A DNA stretch of 64,000 nt, from positions 1-64,000 of IMG/VR virus record IMGVR_UViG_3300042559_001567; one strand, written 5' to 3'. Below, one piece after another: positions 45,683 to 56,719 of this stretch. Every line of letters begins with the position of its first letter. Within the stretch, counting starts at the first letter, position 1. The stretch comes from an uncultured virus (IMG/VR IMGVR_UViG_3300042559_001567) (lineage: Duplodnaviria > Heunggongvirae > Uroviricota > Caudoviricetes). Made by a program: the position numbers and the translations under genes. The notes under the pieces are model-generated. The model had not been told where the DNA came from. It saw only the letters and a program-made list of their open reading frames with translations, and did not search any database.

Positions 45683-48586
45683 ATGAAAGAAGTTATCTCT
45701 CAGGAAGTTATAGAAAACTTCCTTAACGGTGGCGACCCCGAAGAGTTCATTGTCGGAGTCGAATACGACTACCCCACCAACACAATTTACAAAATTATTC
45801 AGGACCCCGAAAAGGGAAAGATTGTAAAATCAGATTCATTTACCCCGTTTATGTGGGTTGGTGATTTATCAGGTTTAGGTTTTTACAATAATTCAAAATC
45901 CATACAAAAAAAACGTATGGGTGAATTTGGTATTCTAATTGAAAAATTAGATACTCATGGAGATGAACGACTTGAGTCGGGTATGAAATATTTGGTAAAA
46001 AGTCTTAAATCGTATACCGATTTAATTTCATTTTTCAGAATGGGTGGTATTAATCCGTGGGATGAAAAATATAGACAACATTTTACGGTTTTATCACCGG
46101 TAGAACAATATCTTGTTCAAACGAAAAAAAGATTATTCAAAGGTATTGATGATTATGGTGGTGTTAATCGATTTGTATTTGATATTGAAACCACAGGTCT
46201 TGACCCTGAAACTTGTGTTATTATATTAATTGGGGTTAAAGATAATCGTGGTTTAAACGTAACAATTCCCGCCTTTGGGGAAGACGGAGAAAAAAAATGT
46301 ATTGAAAGATTTTTCCAATATATAAGGGACTTAAAACCAACAATCATTGCTGGTTACAACTCCGCATTTTTTGATTGGCCATTCATATTAAAACGTGCGG
46401 AAATTCTTGGTGTTGATGTTGATGGAATGACTCAAATTTTCACGTCCCAAGGAATGAAAGAAAAAGAGGGAATGTTAAAATTGGCAAATGAAGTTGAGCC
46501 ATATAAACAACATATTATTTGGGGTTTTAATATCATTGATATTGCACATTCAGTACGACGTGCTCAAGCAATCAATTCTGAAATTAAATCATGGGGTTTG
46601 AAATACATTACCACATATTTGGAAAAAGAAAAACCTAATCGTGTGTATGTTGAAGGTAGTAAAATATCAAAAATATATCTAGATAATGAAAGTTATTATG
46701 TAAATCCAAAAACAGGTGGATATAAACAAATAGGTGAGCCAGGTACCGAAGATTTATTACGAAAATATCCTGGCAAGTTTGAGATATGGCCAGGTAGGAA
46801 AATTGTTGAGCAATATCTTGATGATGACCTTTATGAGACAATGGTTGTAGACGATTCATTTTCTCAATCAACATTTTTATTGTCAAAACTTGTACCAACA
46901 ACTTATGAAAGGATTGCAACAATGGGTACGGCAACATTATGGAAAATCATTATGTTAGCTTGGTCTTATGAAAATAATTTAGCAGTACCATCTAAAGATG
47001 AGAAACGAGCCTTTACTGGTGGATTATCTCGTTTATTAAATGTTGGTTATGCAAAGAATATTGTTAAATTTGACTACTCATCGCTCTACCCATCAATTCA
47101 ATTAGTGTATGATGTATTTCCCGCGTGTGATGTCATGGGAGTACAAAAATCGATGTTGAAATATTTCCGTAACATTCGTATTAAATATAAGCATCTTGCC
47201 AGTGAATTAAAAGATAGCGACCCTGTTGCTGCTGAAATGTACGACCGTAAACAATTACCAATTAAGATTTTTATTAATGCATATTTTGGTTCATTATCTG
47301 CACCACACGTATTCCCTTGGGGGGAAATGGATTCAGGTGAAACTATTACTTGCATTGGTCGTCAGTGTTTACGTATGATGATTATGTTCTATATGCAAAA
47401 GGGTTATAAACCTCTTGTAATGGACACGGACGGTGTGAACTTTGAAACACCTGATAGTGCATTAGACGCTGTGTATGTTGGTAAAGGTTTAAATGAATTA
47501 GTAATAGAAGGTAAAGAATATAAAGGTATTGAAGCTCACACCGCAGAGTTCAATGACATATTCATGAGAGGTGAAATGGGTTTAGATATTGACTACACCG
47601 CACCATCTTGCATTAACGTATCTCGTAAGAATTATATTATTAAATTAATTAAGAAAGGCAAGGAGAAAATTAAATTAACAGGTAACACAATTAAATCAAA
47701 AAAATTACAAACATATATTGTTGAATTTTTGGATGAAGGTTTTAAATATTTGTTAAATGGTGACGGACATTCTTTTGTGGAACTATATTACAATTACGTA
47801 GAAAAAATATATAATAAAGAAATACCATTATCTAAAATTGCAAATAAAGCTCGTGTTAAACAATCTATTAATGAATATAAAAAACACGTACAAAAAACAA
47901 CTAAATCAGGTTCTTTAATGTCTCGTCAAGCACACATGGAATTAATAATTCAAAATGATTATCCTGCCGGTTTAGGTGATACAATATACTATGTTAATAA
48001 TGGTATAAAAAAATCATCTGGAGATGTGGAAAGAAAAACTAGATGGACAAAAAAGGAAATGATTGAGTATTTTGAAAGTATTGGTAGTGAAATGCCGAAA
48101 GACCACGCAGTTATAAATGTTAATTGTTACATGATTGATGAAAAGGAAATTACAAATAATCCCGATTTAAAAGGTGATTATAACGTTCCTCGTTATCTTA
48201 GTAATTTTAACAAACGTGTTGAGCCTTTATTGGTTGCATTTAACCCAAACATTAGAGAAGATATTCTTATTGAAGACCCAAAGGATAGACAATACTTTAC
48301 TAAATTACAATGTGAACTTGTTAATGGTTATCCATTAAAAGAAAGTGGACAAGATAAGTTTGATGAGGTAATGACACTTTCAGATAGTGAAGTTATTTTT
48401 TGGAATAGAGTGGGTAGAGATCCTTATTTTATGTATGTTGAAGATAGTCTAAAATTAGTTGACCAAAATTGGGTGGAACATAATAGAAAAGTGGTATCAC
48501 TACAAGCTGAAAGTACAATCAGTAATGAGGATGAAATCATTGAAAATGATGGACACGATTACGCTTACCACGCAATAGAAGTTTAG
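45683..48586 (+). CDS. Family B DNA polymerase
   Basis: Exo FDIETTG, GYNSAFFD, YLDDD; polymerase DYSSLYPS, KIFINAYFG, MDTDG, KNY. Confidence 0.95.
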   Translation: MKEVISQEVIENFLNGGDPEEFIVGVEYDYPTNTIYKIIQDPEKGKIVKSDSFTPFMWVGDLSGLGFYNNSKSIQKKRMGEFGILIEKLDTHGDERLESGMKYLVKSLKSYTDLISFFRMGGINPWDEKYRQHFTVLSPVEQYLVQTKKRLFKGIDDYGGVNRFVFDIETTGLDPETCVIILIGVKDNRGLNVTIPAFGEDGEKKCIERFFQYIRDLKPTIIAGYNSAFFDWPFILKRAEILGVDVDGMTQIFTSQGMKEKEGMLKLANEVEPYKQHIIWGFNIIDIAHSVRRAQAINSEIKSWGLKYITTYLEKEKPNRVYVEGSKISKIYLDNESYYVNPKTGGYKQIGEPGTEDLLRKYPGKFEIWPGRKIVEQYLDDDLYETMVVDDSFSQSTFLLSKLVPTTYERIATMGTATLWKIIMLAWSYENNLAVPSKDEKRAFTGGLSRLLNVGYAKNIVKFDYSSLYPSIQLVYDVFPACDVMGVQKSMLKYFRNIRIKYKHLASELKDSDPVAAEMYDRKQLPIKIFINAYFGSLSAPHVFPWGEMDSGETITCIGRQCLRMMIMFYMQKGYKPLVMDTDGVNFETPDSALDAVYVGKGLNELVIEGKEYKGIEAHTAEFNDIFMRGEMGLDIDYTAPSCINVSRKNYIIKLIKKGKEKIKLTGNTIKSKKLQTYIVEFLDEGFKYLLNGDGHSFVELYYNYVEKIYNKEIPLSKIANKARVKQSINEYKKHVQKTTKSGSLMSRQAHMELIIQNDYPAGLGDTIYYVNNGIKKSSGDVERKTRWTKKEMIEYFESIGSEMPKDHAVINVNCYMIDEKEITNNPDLKGDYNVPRYLSNFNKRVEPLLVAFNPNIREDILIEDPKDRQYFTKLQCELVNGYPLKESGQDKFDEVMTLSDSEVIFWNRVGRDPYFMYVEDSLKLVDQNWVEHNRKVVSLQAESTISNEDEIIENDGHDYAYHAIEV

Positions 48587-49698
48587 ATTACATTAAACGG
48601 ACTTGGCATTGCTCTAAACTTAAGTGCTTTATTTAAATTCTCCGCTTCTGAACCTTTTCTTTCAAGAATTTTTTCAGGGCGGAGTCTTTCTAATCTAGCC
48701 ATAAGTTCCTCAACCAATTTCATTCTTTCGTCTTTACCTTCAGTCAATAAAGAACTATAATCTAATTTAACAGCACTGTCAGGAACTTGTAAATCACCTG
48801 AGAATTTACCCCAAATACGACCTAATCCTTCTTTAGAATAACCTATTAGGTATTTTCTTACCCAATTTTGAGATGGTTTATTTAACTTATCCCAAGTAAG
48901 TTCTTCGGTCATAACATCAGAAGGTAATTTAATAACATCTTTGTTTTTTTGTAGACAAGTGTCTCTATCCATGGTATCATAATACCAATACCATACTTGA
49001 TAGTTTTTATTAGCGTTATTACCAAAATCGTATTTTCCACCAGGCACGTTGTATAAGTGAATATATTTTTTACCTTCAGGTCCCGCAGTAATCCTATATG
49101 TTAAATCCCCACCAATTATTCTATTTTTAATACTTCTATCTTGCATTCTTAAAAGAAGGTCAAAAGCTGGTAACATAAAGTATGAACCTGAAGACCCAAC
49201 CTGAGCAAATCCTCCCACACCACCAAAACCAACACCTCCAAGACCACCGAAACCACCTAAAAACGGGTCAACGATTGAATCGGTTAACTCGGCTCTTGTA
49301 AACCATAATAGTTCGTTTATTTCACGACCAGCAGGTATTTCATATGTTTGTGTACCACCTGTAAGGGTAAAAAAATCTTTTTTAAGTTCGTTATCACCAC
49401 CGGCCTGTAAACCAACTATTTTGGAATATGAATAAGTGTATTGTGTCTCATAATCTAAACTTCTTGTAGTAAACGCTCTAGAAAGGGATTGTGTATCAAC
49501 ATCTAATCCGGCCAATGCGGACCATTGAGATTCAATCAACCAATCACTAACGTATTGTTCATATTCAGACAAGGAAAACTCTAAAAAAGTATCCATTTGT
49601 TCTTCAGTAAGTTCAATGCCACGAACGGGCATCCCCAATAGGTGAAAAACCTGTGTATATAATTTGTCCTTTTCAGATTGTGAAATAATTGTAGCCAT
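48583..49698 (-). CDS. Neck/head-completion protein (gp13-like)
   Basis: LGMPVRGIELTEEQ, WVRKY..KEGLGRIWGKF motifs; late-type motif upstream. Confidence 0.65.
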   Translation of the reverse strand: MATIISQSEKDKLYTQVFHLLGMPVRGIELTEEQMDTFLEFSLSEYEQYVSDWLIESQWSALAGLDVDTQSLSRAFTTRSLDYETQYTYSYSKIVGLQAGGDNELKKDFFTLTGGTQTYEIPAGREINELLWFTRAELTDSIVDPFLGGFGGLGGVGFGGVGGFAQVGSSGSYFMLPAFDLLLRMQDRSIKNRIIGGDLTYRITAGPEGKKYIHLYNVPGGKYDFGNNANKNYQVWYWYYDTMDRDTCLQKNKDVIKLPSDVMTEELTWDKLNKPSQNWVRKYLIGYSKEGLGRIWGKFSGDLQVPDSAVKLDYSSLLTEGKDERMKLVEELMARLERLRPEKILERKGSEAENLNKALKFRAMPSPFNVI

Positions 49699-49737
49699 AA
49701 TTTGGTATATTTCAATAAATAGTTTATTTTTGGTATT

Positions 49738-49947
49738 ATGACTACAACGAATAAACTAAATGAACTATTAATCCTTTGTGGAATAAATAATATTGTTTTT
49801 ACATATCAAAAAGAGGAAGGCGGGAACTACGTCAACTTTAATGAACCTGAAAAAACAATAGTTGTTAACGTATCGGATTATGAAGATAAGGAGTTGGATT
49901 CTTTATTGGATAAAAAAATTGGTGAGTTAAAAGAGTTGTTTAAGTAA
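49738..49947 (+). CDS. Small hypothetical protein
   Basis: TTTG-N20-TATTTTTG promoter directly upstream. Confidence 0.6.
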   Translation: MTTTNKLNELLILCGINNIVFTYQKEEGGNYVNFNEPEKTIVVNVSDYEDKELDSLLDKKIGELKELFK

Positions 49948-51678
49948 GTCCTTACTAAAGGATTCTGAATATTCTCCGTCACCCATTACTTGGTCAATAA
50001 TCCCCTTTTTCTTTTGTAATATATTGTAAATTATTTTTTCTACCGTGTTTTCAAAAACGGGATAATAAACTAATACACTATTTTGTTGACCATAACGATA
50101 TGCTCTATCTTCTCCTTGTGAGTGGTCAGCAGGTACAAATGATAAGTCATTCATAATAACAACTTCAGCAGAGGTTAATGTTATACCAACACCCGCAGCT
50201 TTAATATTACCAATGAAGACTTTGATTTTATCTTCGGTTTGGAATCTATCAACATTTTCTTGTCTCTTATCTTTATTCATTCTTCCATCAAGTGTTACTG
50301 AAACTTTCTTATATTTCTCATGTAACATATCTAATGACATTGTAAAGTTTGTAAATACAATTACCTTTTTACCTTGTTCTAAACACTTGTCAATCAACTC
50401 ACAAGTATAAGGGATTTTTTCGTAAGCAATAAGTTGTCTAATTTTCATTAAACGATTTAACGTAACTGTGATTGTTTCATCATTTTTCTTATCGGTACTA
50501 ATACGAGTAAATTCTTCTAATTCCTCATCATACATTTTACTAGTCAATTCAACAAACACTGGTGTAACAATTTTTTCAGGTAAGTCAAGAATGTCAGTCT
50601 TCATTCTTCGTAAAACAAGATTTTTCGTTCGTTCACGAAGTTCATCTAAATTACTTGCACCACTTGTATTCCAAACCTTACGATTACCGACATTGAATTG
50701 GTAACCTTTACAATATCTGCGAACATAGGATTGCCAATTTAATGCTAATGGTGATTCTACAATCTTTAATAAATTGAAATAATTAATTGGTCTTGATGTC
50801 ATCGGTGTACCAGTTAATAACCAAACTTTTGGGATTGTTTCTAAAACATCATTTAATAAACGAGTTCTGTTTGCTGTGGCATTTGATATATAGTGAGCCT
50901 CATCTACGATTGCCAAGTCAAAATTGGCATTAACCAATAATTTATAATCGTCGCTATCTTCACTCTTGTCTGTAGTGTGGTAGTTTTTAATAATATCATA
51001 ATTAATAATGTAGAAATCAAAAGTAGAACCCCATTTACGTCCTTCGACAATTAAAACTTTTCTATCTGAATAGTTTTTTATTTCCCTTTCCCAATTTATT
51101 TTTAATGATGCGGGACATACTATAAGTATCTTTCTTGCTTTACTTTCTAAAGACGCAATAACCGCAGATGTTGTTTTACCAAGACCCATATCATCCGCTA
51201 AAATAAATTTATCGTTCGCTAATAATTTTTCAATTGCAATCTTTTGATGGTCCATCGGGGGTCTTGAATTGTATTTGGTATAATCAATTACCCTATCTAA
51301 TTTTTTTTCTTCTTGAACAACCGCCGCTTTTGGTAACCACATTGCACTTAATTGGTCAATTTCTAAAACCTTACCCCATATATGAAACGCCTTATCTGAT
51401 TCACATAATAATTTTTCACACCAAATTTTGGTCGGTGGAGTTGTTAATAACCTATCCTCCATTATCTTTTCACCGAAAGTACTAACAATGTTAATATGTT
51501 TTCTGGCAATTTTTGGAGTTACTTCATGATATTTCTGTACATATTCAGATTGGGGTCTCGTTAACTTAAAATTCTTAACATCTTTAAATTTTCTTTTCCA
51601 ATCTAATAATTGATTATTAGAACCTTCATATGTTGAAAGTATATTTCTAGCCTCAATTTCGGGAATCTTTGTTTCCAT
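49927..51678 (-). CDS. SNF2-family helicase/translocase
   Basis: DDMGLGKT, VCPASL, DEAH, LTGTP, LRRMK, GVGITLT, QGEDRAYRYGQ. Confidence 0.92.
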   Translation of the reverse strand: METKIPEIEARNILSTYEGSNNQLLDWKRKFKDVKNFKLTRPQSEYVQKYHEVTPKIARKHINIVSTFGEKIMEDRLLTTPPTKIWCEKLLCESDKAFHIWGKVLEIDQLSAMWLPKAAVVQEEKKLDRVIDYTKYNSRPPMDHQKIAIEKLLANDKFILADDMGLGKTTSAVIASLESKARKILIVCPASLKINWEREIKNYSDRKVLIVEGRKWGSTFDFYIINYDIIKNYHTTDKSEDSDDYKLLVNANFDLAIVDEAHYISNATANRTRLLNDVLETIPKVWLLTGTPMTSRPINYFNLLKIVESPLALNWQSYVRRYCKGYQFNVGNRKVWNTSGASNLDELRERTKNLVLRRMKTDILDLPEKIVTPVFVELTSKMYDEELEEFTRISTDKKNDETITVTLNRLMKIRQLIAYEKIPYTCELIDKCLEQGKKVIVFTNFTMSLDMLHEKYKKVSVTLDGRMNKDKRQENVDRFQTEDKIKVFIGNIKAAGVGITLTSAEVVIMNDLSFVPADHSQGEDRAYRYGQQNSVLVYYPVFENTVEKIIYNILQKKKGIIDQVMGDGEYSESFSKDLLKQLF

Positions 51679-51726
51679 ATTAAAATATAAATAATTAGAA
51701 CGTAAGATTAAACTATTTATTAGGAT

Positions 51727-52239
51727 ATGAACAATAAATTACCAATTACCAGATTGTCTAAATTCTTCTCTCAAGACGACTTTGATATCAATATTCAAAT
51801 GGGTAGGGAATATCTTCATGGGGATTTAAACATGAAATTAGTCCTTTATCGTGTCGATAGGAGTAAAACAGACAATGACGCGGTCTATGCTGAAGCGGGT
51901 GCGGATGAGATAAAGTACTTTCCACCTGTTGAGATTAATGCATTGGTTAAAATTGAAGAACCGAAGAATGTTACATATAAATCTGGTATGGTTAGATATA
52001 ATGAGCCGGGAAATTTAACATTGTCGGTTTATATAACACATTTGGAAGAATTGAATGTGGATATTAAGTACGGTGATTATATTGGTTATCCCGATTCGGA
52101 GGAGAAATTGAGGTTTTATACTGTCTCAAATGATGGTAAGGTAACCTCAGATAATAAACACAAAATGTTTGGATTCAAACCACATTATAGAACTATAGTT
52201 TGCGTACCAACACAACAAAACGAATTTAGAGGAGTATAA
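51727..52239 (+). CDS. Head-closure/neck protein (gp14-like), putative
   Basis: Size, position before tail terminator and sheath, late-type motif. Confidence 0.5.
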   Translation: MNNKLPITRLSKFFSQDDFDINIQMGREYLHGDLNMKLVLYRVDRSKTDNDAVYAEAGADEIKYFPPVEINALVKIEEPKNVTYKSGMVRYNEPGNLTLSVYITHLEELNVDIKYGDYIGYPDSEEKLRFYTVSNDGKVTSDNKHKMFGFKPHYRTIVCVPTQQNEFRGV

Positions 52240-52240
52240 C

Positions 52241-53497
52241 ATGGGAATACCTAAAAGAAAAAACAACATTGATGTTTATGGTGGTGCGAAAGAATCGTTC
52301 CAAGGTGAACGAGTTATGGAGAGAAGACAGGAATTATTGGATAGGATTACCAAGTCAGATTCCTATTTACCTGATTCTATACTTCATGATGATTTGGATG
52401 GTGGAATGTTAGATTTTATAAAAACAAATTTTGTTGTTGTATCTGATGGGAATCAAATCCCAATCATACCAAAAATACTTACAATACAAAGATGGGGTGA
52501 ATTTGCAAACAATTGGGAGTTTTCTGATGACGATGGTAATGTTAAAGTACCATTTATTGCAATTATTAGAAAACCTGACGTTCAGCCAGGTACGAATCCT
52601 GTAACACAAAGAACAATACCTGATAGAAGAACATTCCATTATGCATCTGTCCCAACATGGAACGGAACACAAATTGGTGCCGACATATATAAAATGCCAC
52701 AACCAGTTGCTGTGGATATAACTTTTGAGGTTACAATAGTGTGTCATAAATTTAGGGATTTAAATAAATTTAATAAAATTGTTTTACAAAAGTTCTCTTC
52801 AAGACAGGCTTACACATCTGTAAAAGGACATTACATACCAATAGTTTTAGAGGGTATTGAAGATAATAGTCCTATAGATACAGTTGATGGTCGTAGATTT
52901 TATATTCAAAATTATAAATTTGTAATGTTGGGTATTTTAATAGATAGTGAGGAATTTGAGGTTAAGCCGGCAATTAGTAGATTTTTTCTATTAAATGAAT
53001 TTATAAATCAAAAACCAGGCAGTAAAAAATTTATTAATAAGTTAATTGATGTAACTGTGGCCACTTTTCCTGCTGATGGAATTCAAACACAATTTAGTGT
53101 TGGTGAAAGTATAGGAACGTTATTCAACGCATCGGTAAACGGTCTTGTACAAGAGAGGGATACGGATTATTTTCACGTCGCATACACATCAAAAATTACA
53201 TTTTCTGAACCACCACCTGAAGGTAGTTCGATTGCCATAACATATTATAAGGGTAGAAATAGTGTAATTATCGACACTTATGGTTCCTTATTACAAGTTA
53301 CAACGGAATATTTTACATATAATGGATCAACATTAGAATTTACATTACATAACTCCATCAATAGTATCATAACTGTAGACATAAACGGTCTATTACAAGA
53401 GGAAGGTTCAGGTTTTGATATAACTAGTGACCAAAGAATAACGTTGAGTGGTGCACCTGTAATTGGGTCAAGAATAGGGGTTACGTATCTTTATTAA
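52241..53497 (+). CDS. Tail terminator/sheath stabiliser (gp15-like) with C-terminal beta repeats
   Basis: PQPVAVDITFEV; two VNGL.Q..DY/F repeats. Confidence 0.6.
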   Translation: MGIPKRKNNIDVYGGAKESFQGERVMERRQELLDRITKSDSYLPDSILHDDLDGGMLDFIKTNFVVVSDGNQIPIIPKILTIQRWGEFANNWEFSDDDGNVKVPFIAIIRKPDVQPGTNPVTQRTIPDRRTFHYASVPTWNGTQIGADIYKMPQPVAVDITFEVTIVCHKFRDLNKFNKIVLQKFSSRQAYTSVKGHYIPIVLEGIEDNSPIDTVDGRRFYIQNYKFVMLGILIDSEEFEVKPAISRFFLLNEFINQKPGSKKFINKLIDVTVATFPADGIQTQFSVGESIGTLFNASVNGLVQERDTDYFHVAYTSKITFSEPPPEGSSIAITYYKGRNSVIIDTYGSLLQVTTEYFTYNGSTLEFTLHNSINSIITVDINGLLQEEGSGFDITSDQRITLSGAPVIGSRIGVTYLY

Positions 53498-53652
53498 TCA
53501 TCACCATACATGTCCTTCTTTTTTGGTTTACACAAGTCTTCTATAAATTTTTCTAAGACTTTGTAAATTTTTAATCCGTTCTTTTCACAATGGACTTTTA
53601 ACATCTCGTGGTGTTTTTCACTGATTTTTACATTTTTCTGTTTGTTTTCCAT
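53494..53652 (-). CDS. 52-aa ribbon-helix-helix-like DNA-binding protein (not in ORF track)
   Basis: MENKQKNVKISEKHHEMLKVHCEKNGLKIYKVLEKFIEDLCKPKKKDMYGDD. Confidence 0.7.
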   Translation of the reverse strand: MENKQKNVKISEKHHEMLKVHCEKNGLKIYKVLEKFIEDLCKPKKKDMYGDD

Positions 53653-53779
53653 AATGAAAGATAGTTTTAGATATAAAAAGATAATTTACTATCTTTTTTA
53701 AGAAAAGTACGGAAATCTTTGGTAAAAACAAAGATATTTATAGAATAACTAATAAAAATAATTAACCAAACAACAATCG

Positions 53780-56659
53780 ATGGCAAATTCAAACAGAGTA
53801 TTCGTTTCTCCAGGTGTCTACACATCTGAGAAGGATCTAACATTCGTGGCTCAAAGTGTCGGAGTAACAACATTGGGATTAGTAGGTGAAACCTTAAAAG
53901 GTCCAGCTTTCGAACCAATTTTAATAGGAGACTTCGACGAATTCAAAACATACTTTGGCGGTACCTCTCCAGAAAAATATGGAGACGGATCTAATAACCC
54001 AAAATATGAGTTACCTTACGTAGCTAAATCTTATTTACAAGAGTCAAACCAATTATTCGTAACAAGAGTACTTGGATTGACTGGATATAAAGCAGGTAAA
54101 ACATTCGCAATAAAAACATTAGGTGGTATTTCACCAACAGGTGCTACTTGGGATTCAAGTTATAGTACGTCTGGAAGTACTACTATGTCTGCAACAACCG
54201 CAACAATTACCGGAAGTACAATATATGGTGAGTTATCGGGTAAAACTTCAACAGAAGGAGTATCTATAACAAGTTATATAGTATCAAATTTTAGTGGTTT
54301 TACAACTACAGATGACGGTAAATGGTTTACAATTGGTTTAATGCCTTCAGGTGTAACATTACCTAGTACGACATTACAAGTTGTATCGCCTTTAACAGGT
54401 AAACTATACAGTGAAACACCTAATAATAAAGAATGGTACAATACTTTCTTTAATTCAGGTGCAACAATTAATCAACTTTATTCATATAAATTTGCTTGGA
54501 ATTCAGGTACTACTAGATTTGATGTTGTAAAATACACATTTGGTGCTGAGGTTAATACCGATTATGATAGTATATCTGTGGCAACATTAAGATCAAGAGG
54601 TCGTTATGCTTCAGAGATATTAACTTATGAAGTTACGGGCACCACACAAGTTTCATTGGCCGAAGTTACAGATATTGAATTAAATCCATTAGGTGAATTT
54701 CAAATTAATGTTACAGGAACAACAGGAGGTGCAAAATCATTTAATTGTACTTTAGATACAACGTCAACAAAATACATTAAAAAAGTATTAGGTTCTGATG
54801 TATTTGACAAGTCATATGAAGATTTTCCTCTTTATGTTTATGAATCTTATCCTAATTTAGTTAAATCCGCTTATGAAAGAGGATTGATTAGAGGTTTAAG
54901 TACAACTAAAGTTTTTAATGATGAAGGTTCTAACTTTTTAGGTCAATGGTCAACATCTTTATCTCCAATGGTGGTTTCAGAAGTTCGTGGTGGAAAAGTT
55001 TCAGATTTATTTGAAGTAATAACAATTTCAGACGGTGAAGGTTCTAACTACCAAGTTAAAATAACAATCCAAAACATTAATTTAGATTCAGGTGAATTTG
55101 ACATTGTTGTTCGTGATTTTAACGATACTGATGACAATATGGTTGTTCTTGAAAAATATTCAAGATGTTCTATGAATCCTGACATGCCAGGTTTTGTTGG
55201 TAGAAAAATAGGTACCGCCGATGGTGAGTACGAATTACGTTCAAAATATATAATGTTATCTTTAGCTGATAATCATCCATCGGATGCGTTCCCTGCAGGA
55301 TTTAAAGGATTTGTTAATAATGCAAACTTTAGTGGAACAACATTAGGTAGTGTAATTTATAAAACTGAATATATCGATGCTGGTGATGTAGTAACATATA
55401 ACGCAGACGGTACTGAAAATATTGAGTCAGGTGATAAGGTAAAGAAAGTAATGTTAGGATTATCATCACAAGTCGGATTTGATAAGGATTTATTTAAATA
55501 TAAAGGTACAAGTGGTACAACTGAAACTTTCGGATTCCACTTATCTGTTAATGCTACCGATATTACAGGAACTACATACCAATGTACACCTTACGATTTA
55601 GAAGGTATAACAAAAGGAGCGTTAGAAAATATTGCATATCGTAAATTTACATTTGCAACATGTGGAGGTACAGATGGTTGGGATATCTATAGAACATCAA
55701 GAACCAACACCGACGGTTATATATTTGGTAAAACAACTTACAACAATAATAAAACAACTGGTGCGTATAGTGGGGTGTTTAACGCTGATAATGGAAACTC
55801 TGACTATTATGCTTATTTAGACGCTATAAACACATTTGCTAACCCTGAAGCGGTTGATATTAACGTATTTGCAACTCCAGGTATTAACTTCCGTGACCAT
55901 AGTTCTTTAGTTAATCAAGCAATTGATATGATTGAGAATGATAGAGCAGATTCATTATACATTATGAACTCTCCTAACATTACGGGAACAACCGCAGCTG
56001 CTGACGTTGTTGGTGAATTAGATACAGTATCTATTGATTCTAACTATTCTGCAACATATTGGCCTTGGATTCAAGTAAGAGATACGGATAATGCAACTCA
56101 ACTATATATCCCACCAACAGGTGAGGTATTGAAGAATATCGCATTAACCGACAACGTTTCTTATCCTTGGTTCGCAGTCGCGGGTTATTCAAGAGGTTTG
56201 GTAAATGCCATTAAAGCAACCAAAAAATTAACTTTAGACGAAAGAGATGAATTATATAAGAATAGAATCAACCCAATTGCAACTTTCTCTGATACAGGTA
56301 CAATTATTTGGGGTAACAAAACACTTCAAGTAAGAGAATCTGCATTGGATAGAATCAACGTAAGAAGATTATTATTGAGAGCAAGAAAATTAATTTCAGC
56401 AGTTGCGGTAAGATTGTTATTTGAACAAAATGACGAGCAAGTAAGACAAGAGTTCTTAAGATTGGTTAACCCTATCTTGGATTCAATTAAAAAGGAAAGA
56501 GGTTTGTACGAATTCAAAGTTACTGTTTCTAGTGACCCAGAAGATATTGATGCAAACACATTGAGAGGTAAAATTTATATTAAACCTACTCGTTCTCTTG
56601 AATTTATTGATGTTGAATTTGTAATCACTCCAACAGGAGCCTCATTTGAGAATATCTAA
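53780..56659 (+). CDS. Contractile tail sheath protein (gp18-like)
   Basis: FVSPGVYTSEKD, YWPWIQV, PWFAVAGYSRG, RINPI, WGNKTLQ, INVRRL, PTRSLEFI. Confidence 0.95.
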   Translation: MANSNRVFVSPGVYTSEKDLTFVAQSVGVTTLGLVGETLKGPAFEPILIGDFDEFKTYFGGTSPEKYGDGSNNPKYELPYVAKSYLQESNQLFVTRVLGLTGYKAGKTFAIKTLGGISPTGATWDSSYSTSGSTTMSATTATITGSTIYGELSGKTSTEGVSITSYIVSNFSGFTTTDDGKWFTIGLMPSGVTLPSTTLQVVSPLTGKLYSETPNNKEWYNTFFNSGATINQLYSYKFAWNSGTTRFDVVKYTFGAEVNTDYDSISVATLRSRGRYASEILTYEVTGTTQVSLAEVTDIELNPLGEFQINVTGTTGGAKSFNCTLDTTSTKYIKKVLGSDVFDKSYEDFPLYVYESYPNLVKSAYERGLIRGLSTTKVFNDEGSNFLGQWSTSLSPMVVSEVRGGKVSDLFEVITISDGEGSNYQVKITIQNINLDSGEFDIVVRDFNDTDDNMVVLEKYSRCSMNPDMPGFVGRKIGTADGEYELRSKYIMLSLADNHPSDAFPAGFKGFVNNANFSGTTLGSVIYKTEYIDAGDVVTYNADGTENIESGDKVKKVMLGLSSQVGFDKDLFKYKGTSGTTETFGFHLSVNATDITGTTYQCTPYDLEGITKGALENIAYRKFTFATCGGTDGWDIYRTSRTNTDGYIFGKTTYNNNKTTGAYSGVFNADNGNSDYYAYLDAINTFANPEAVDINVFATPGINFRDHSSLVNQAIDMIENDRADSLYIMNSPNITGTTAAADVVGELDTVSIDSNYSATYWPWIQVRDTDNATQLYIPPTGEVLKNIALTDNVSYPWFAVAGYSRGLVNAIKATKKLTLDERDELYKNRINPIATFSDTGTIIWGNKTLQVRESALDRINVRRLLLRARKLISAVAVRLLFEQNDEQVRQEFLRLVNPILDSIKKERGLYEFKVTVSSDPEDIDANTLRGKIYIKPTRSLEFIDVEFVITPTGASFENI

Positions 56660-56679
56660 TCTAAAAGGAGATATAAAAA

Positions 56680-56710
56680 TAGGAAGGGGGTCTTTGGACC
56701 TCCTTCTTTA
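56680..56710. terminator. Terminator after sheath gene (possibly bidirectional)
   Basis: AGGAAGGGGGTC-tttg-GACCTCCTTCTT. Confidence 0.7.
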
Positions 56711-56719
56711 TTTGTGGAA

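Noticed and set aside
45683..48586. Intein or intron in polymerase, terminase or helicase
   Set aside because: No C/S...HN splice motifs, homing endonuclease motifs or frame breaks seen
53667..53918. Track ORF antisense to the sheath start
   Set aside because: Overlaps the sheath gene and its promoter; the credible minus-strand gene is 53494..53652
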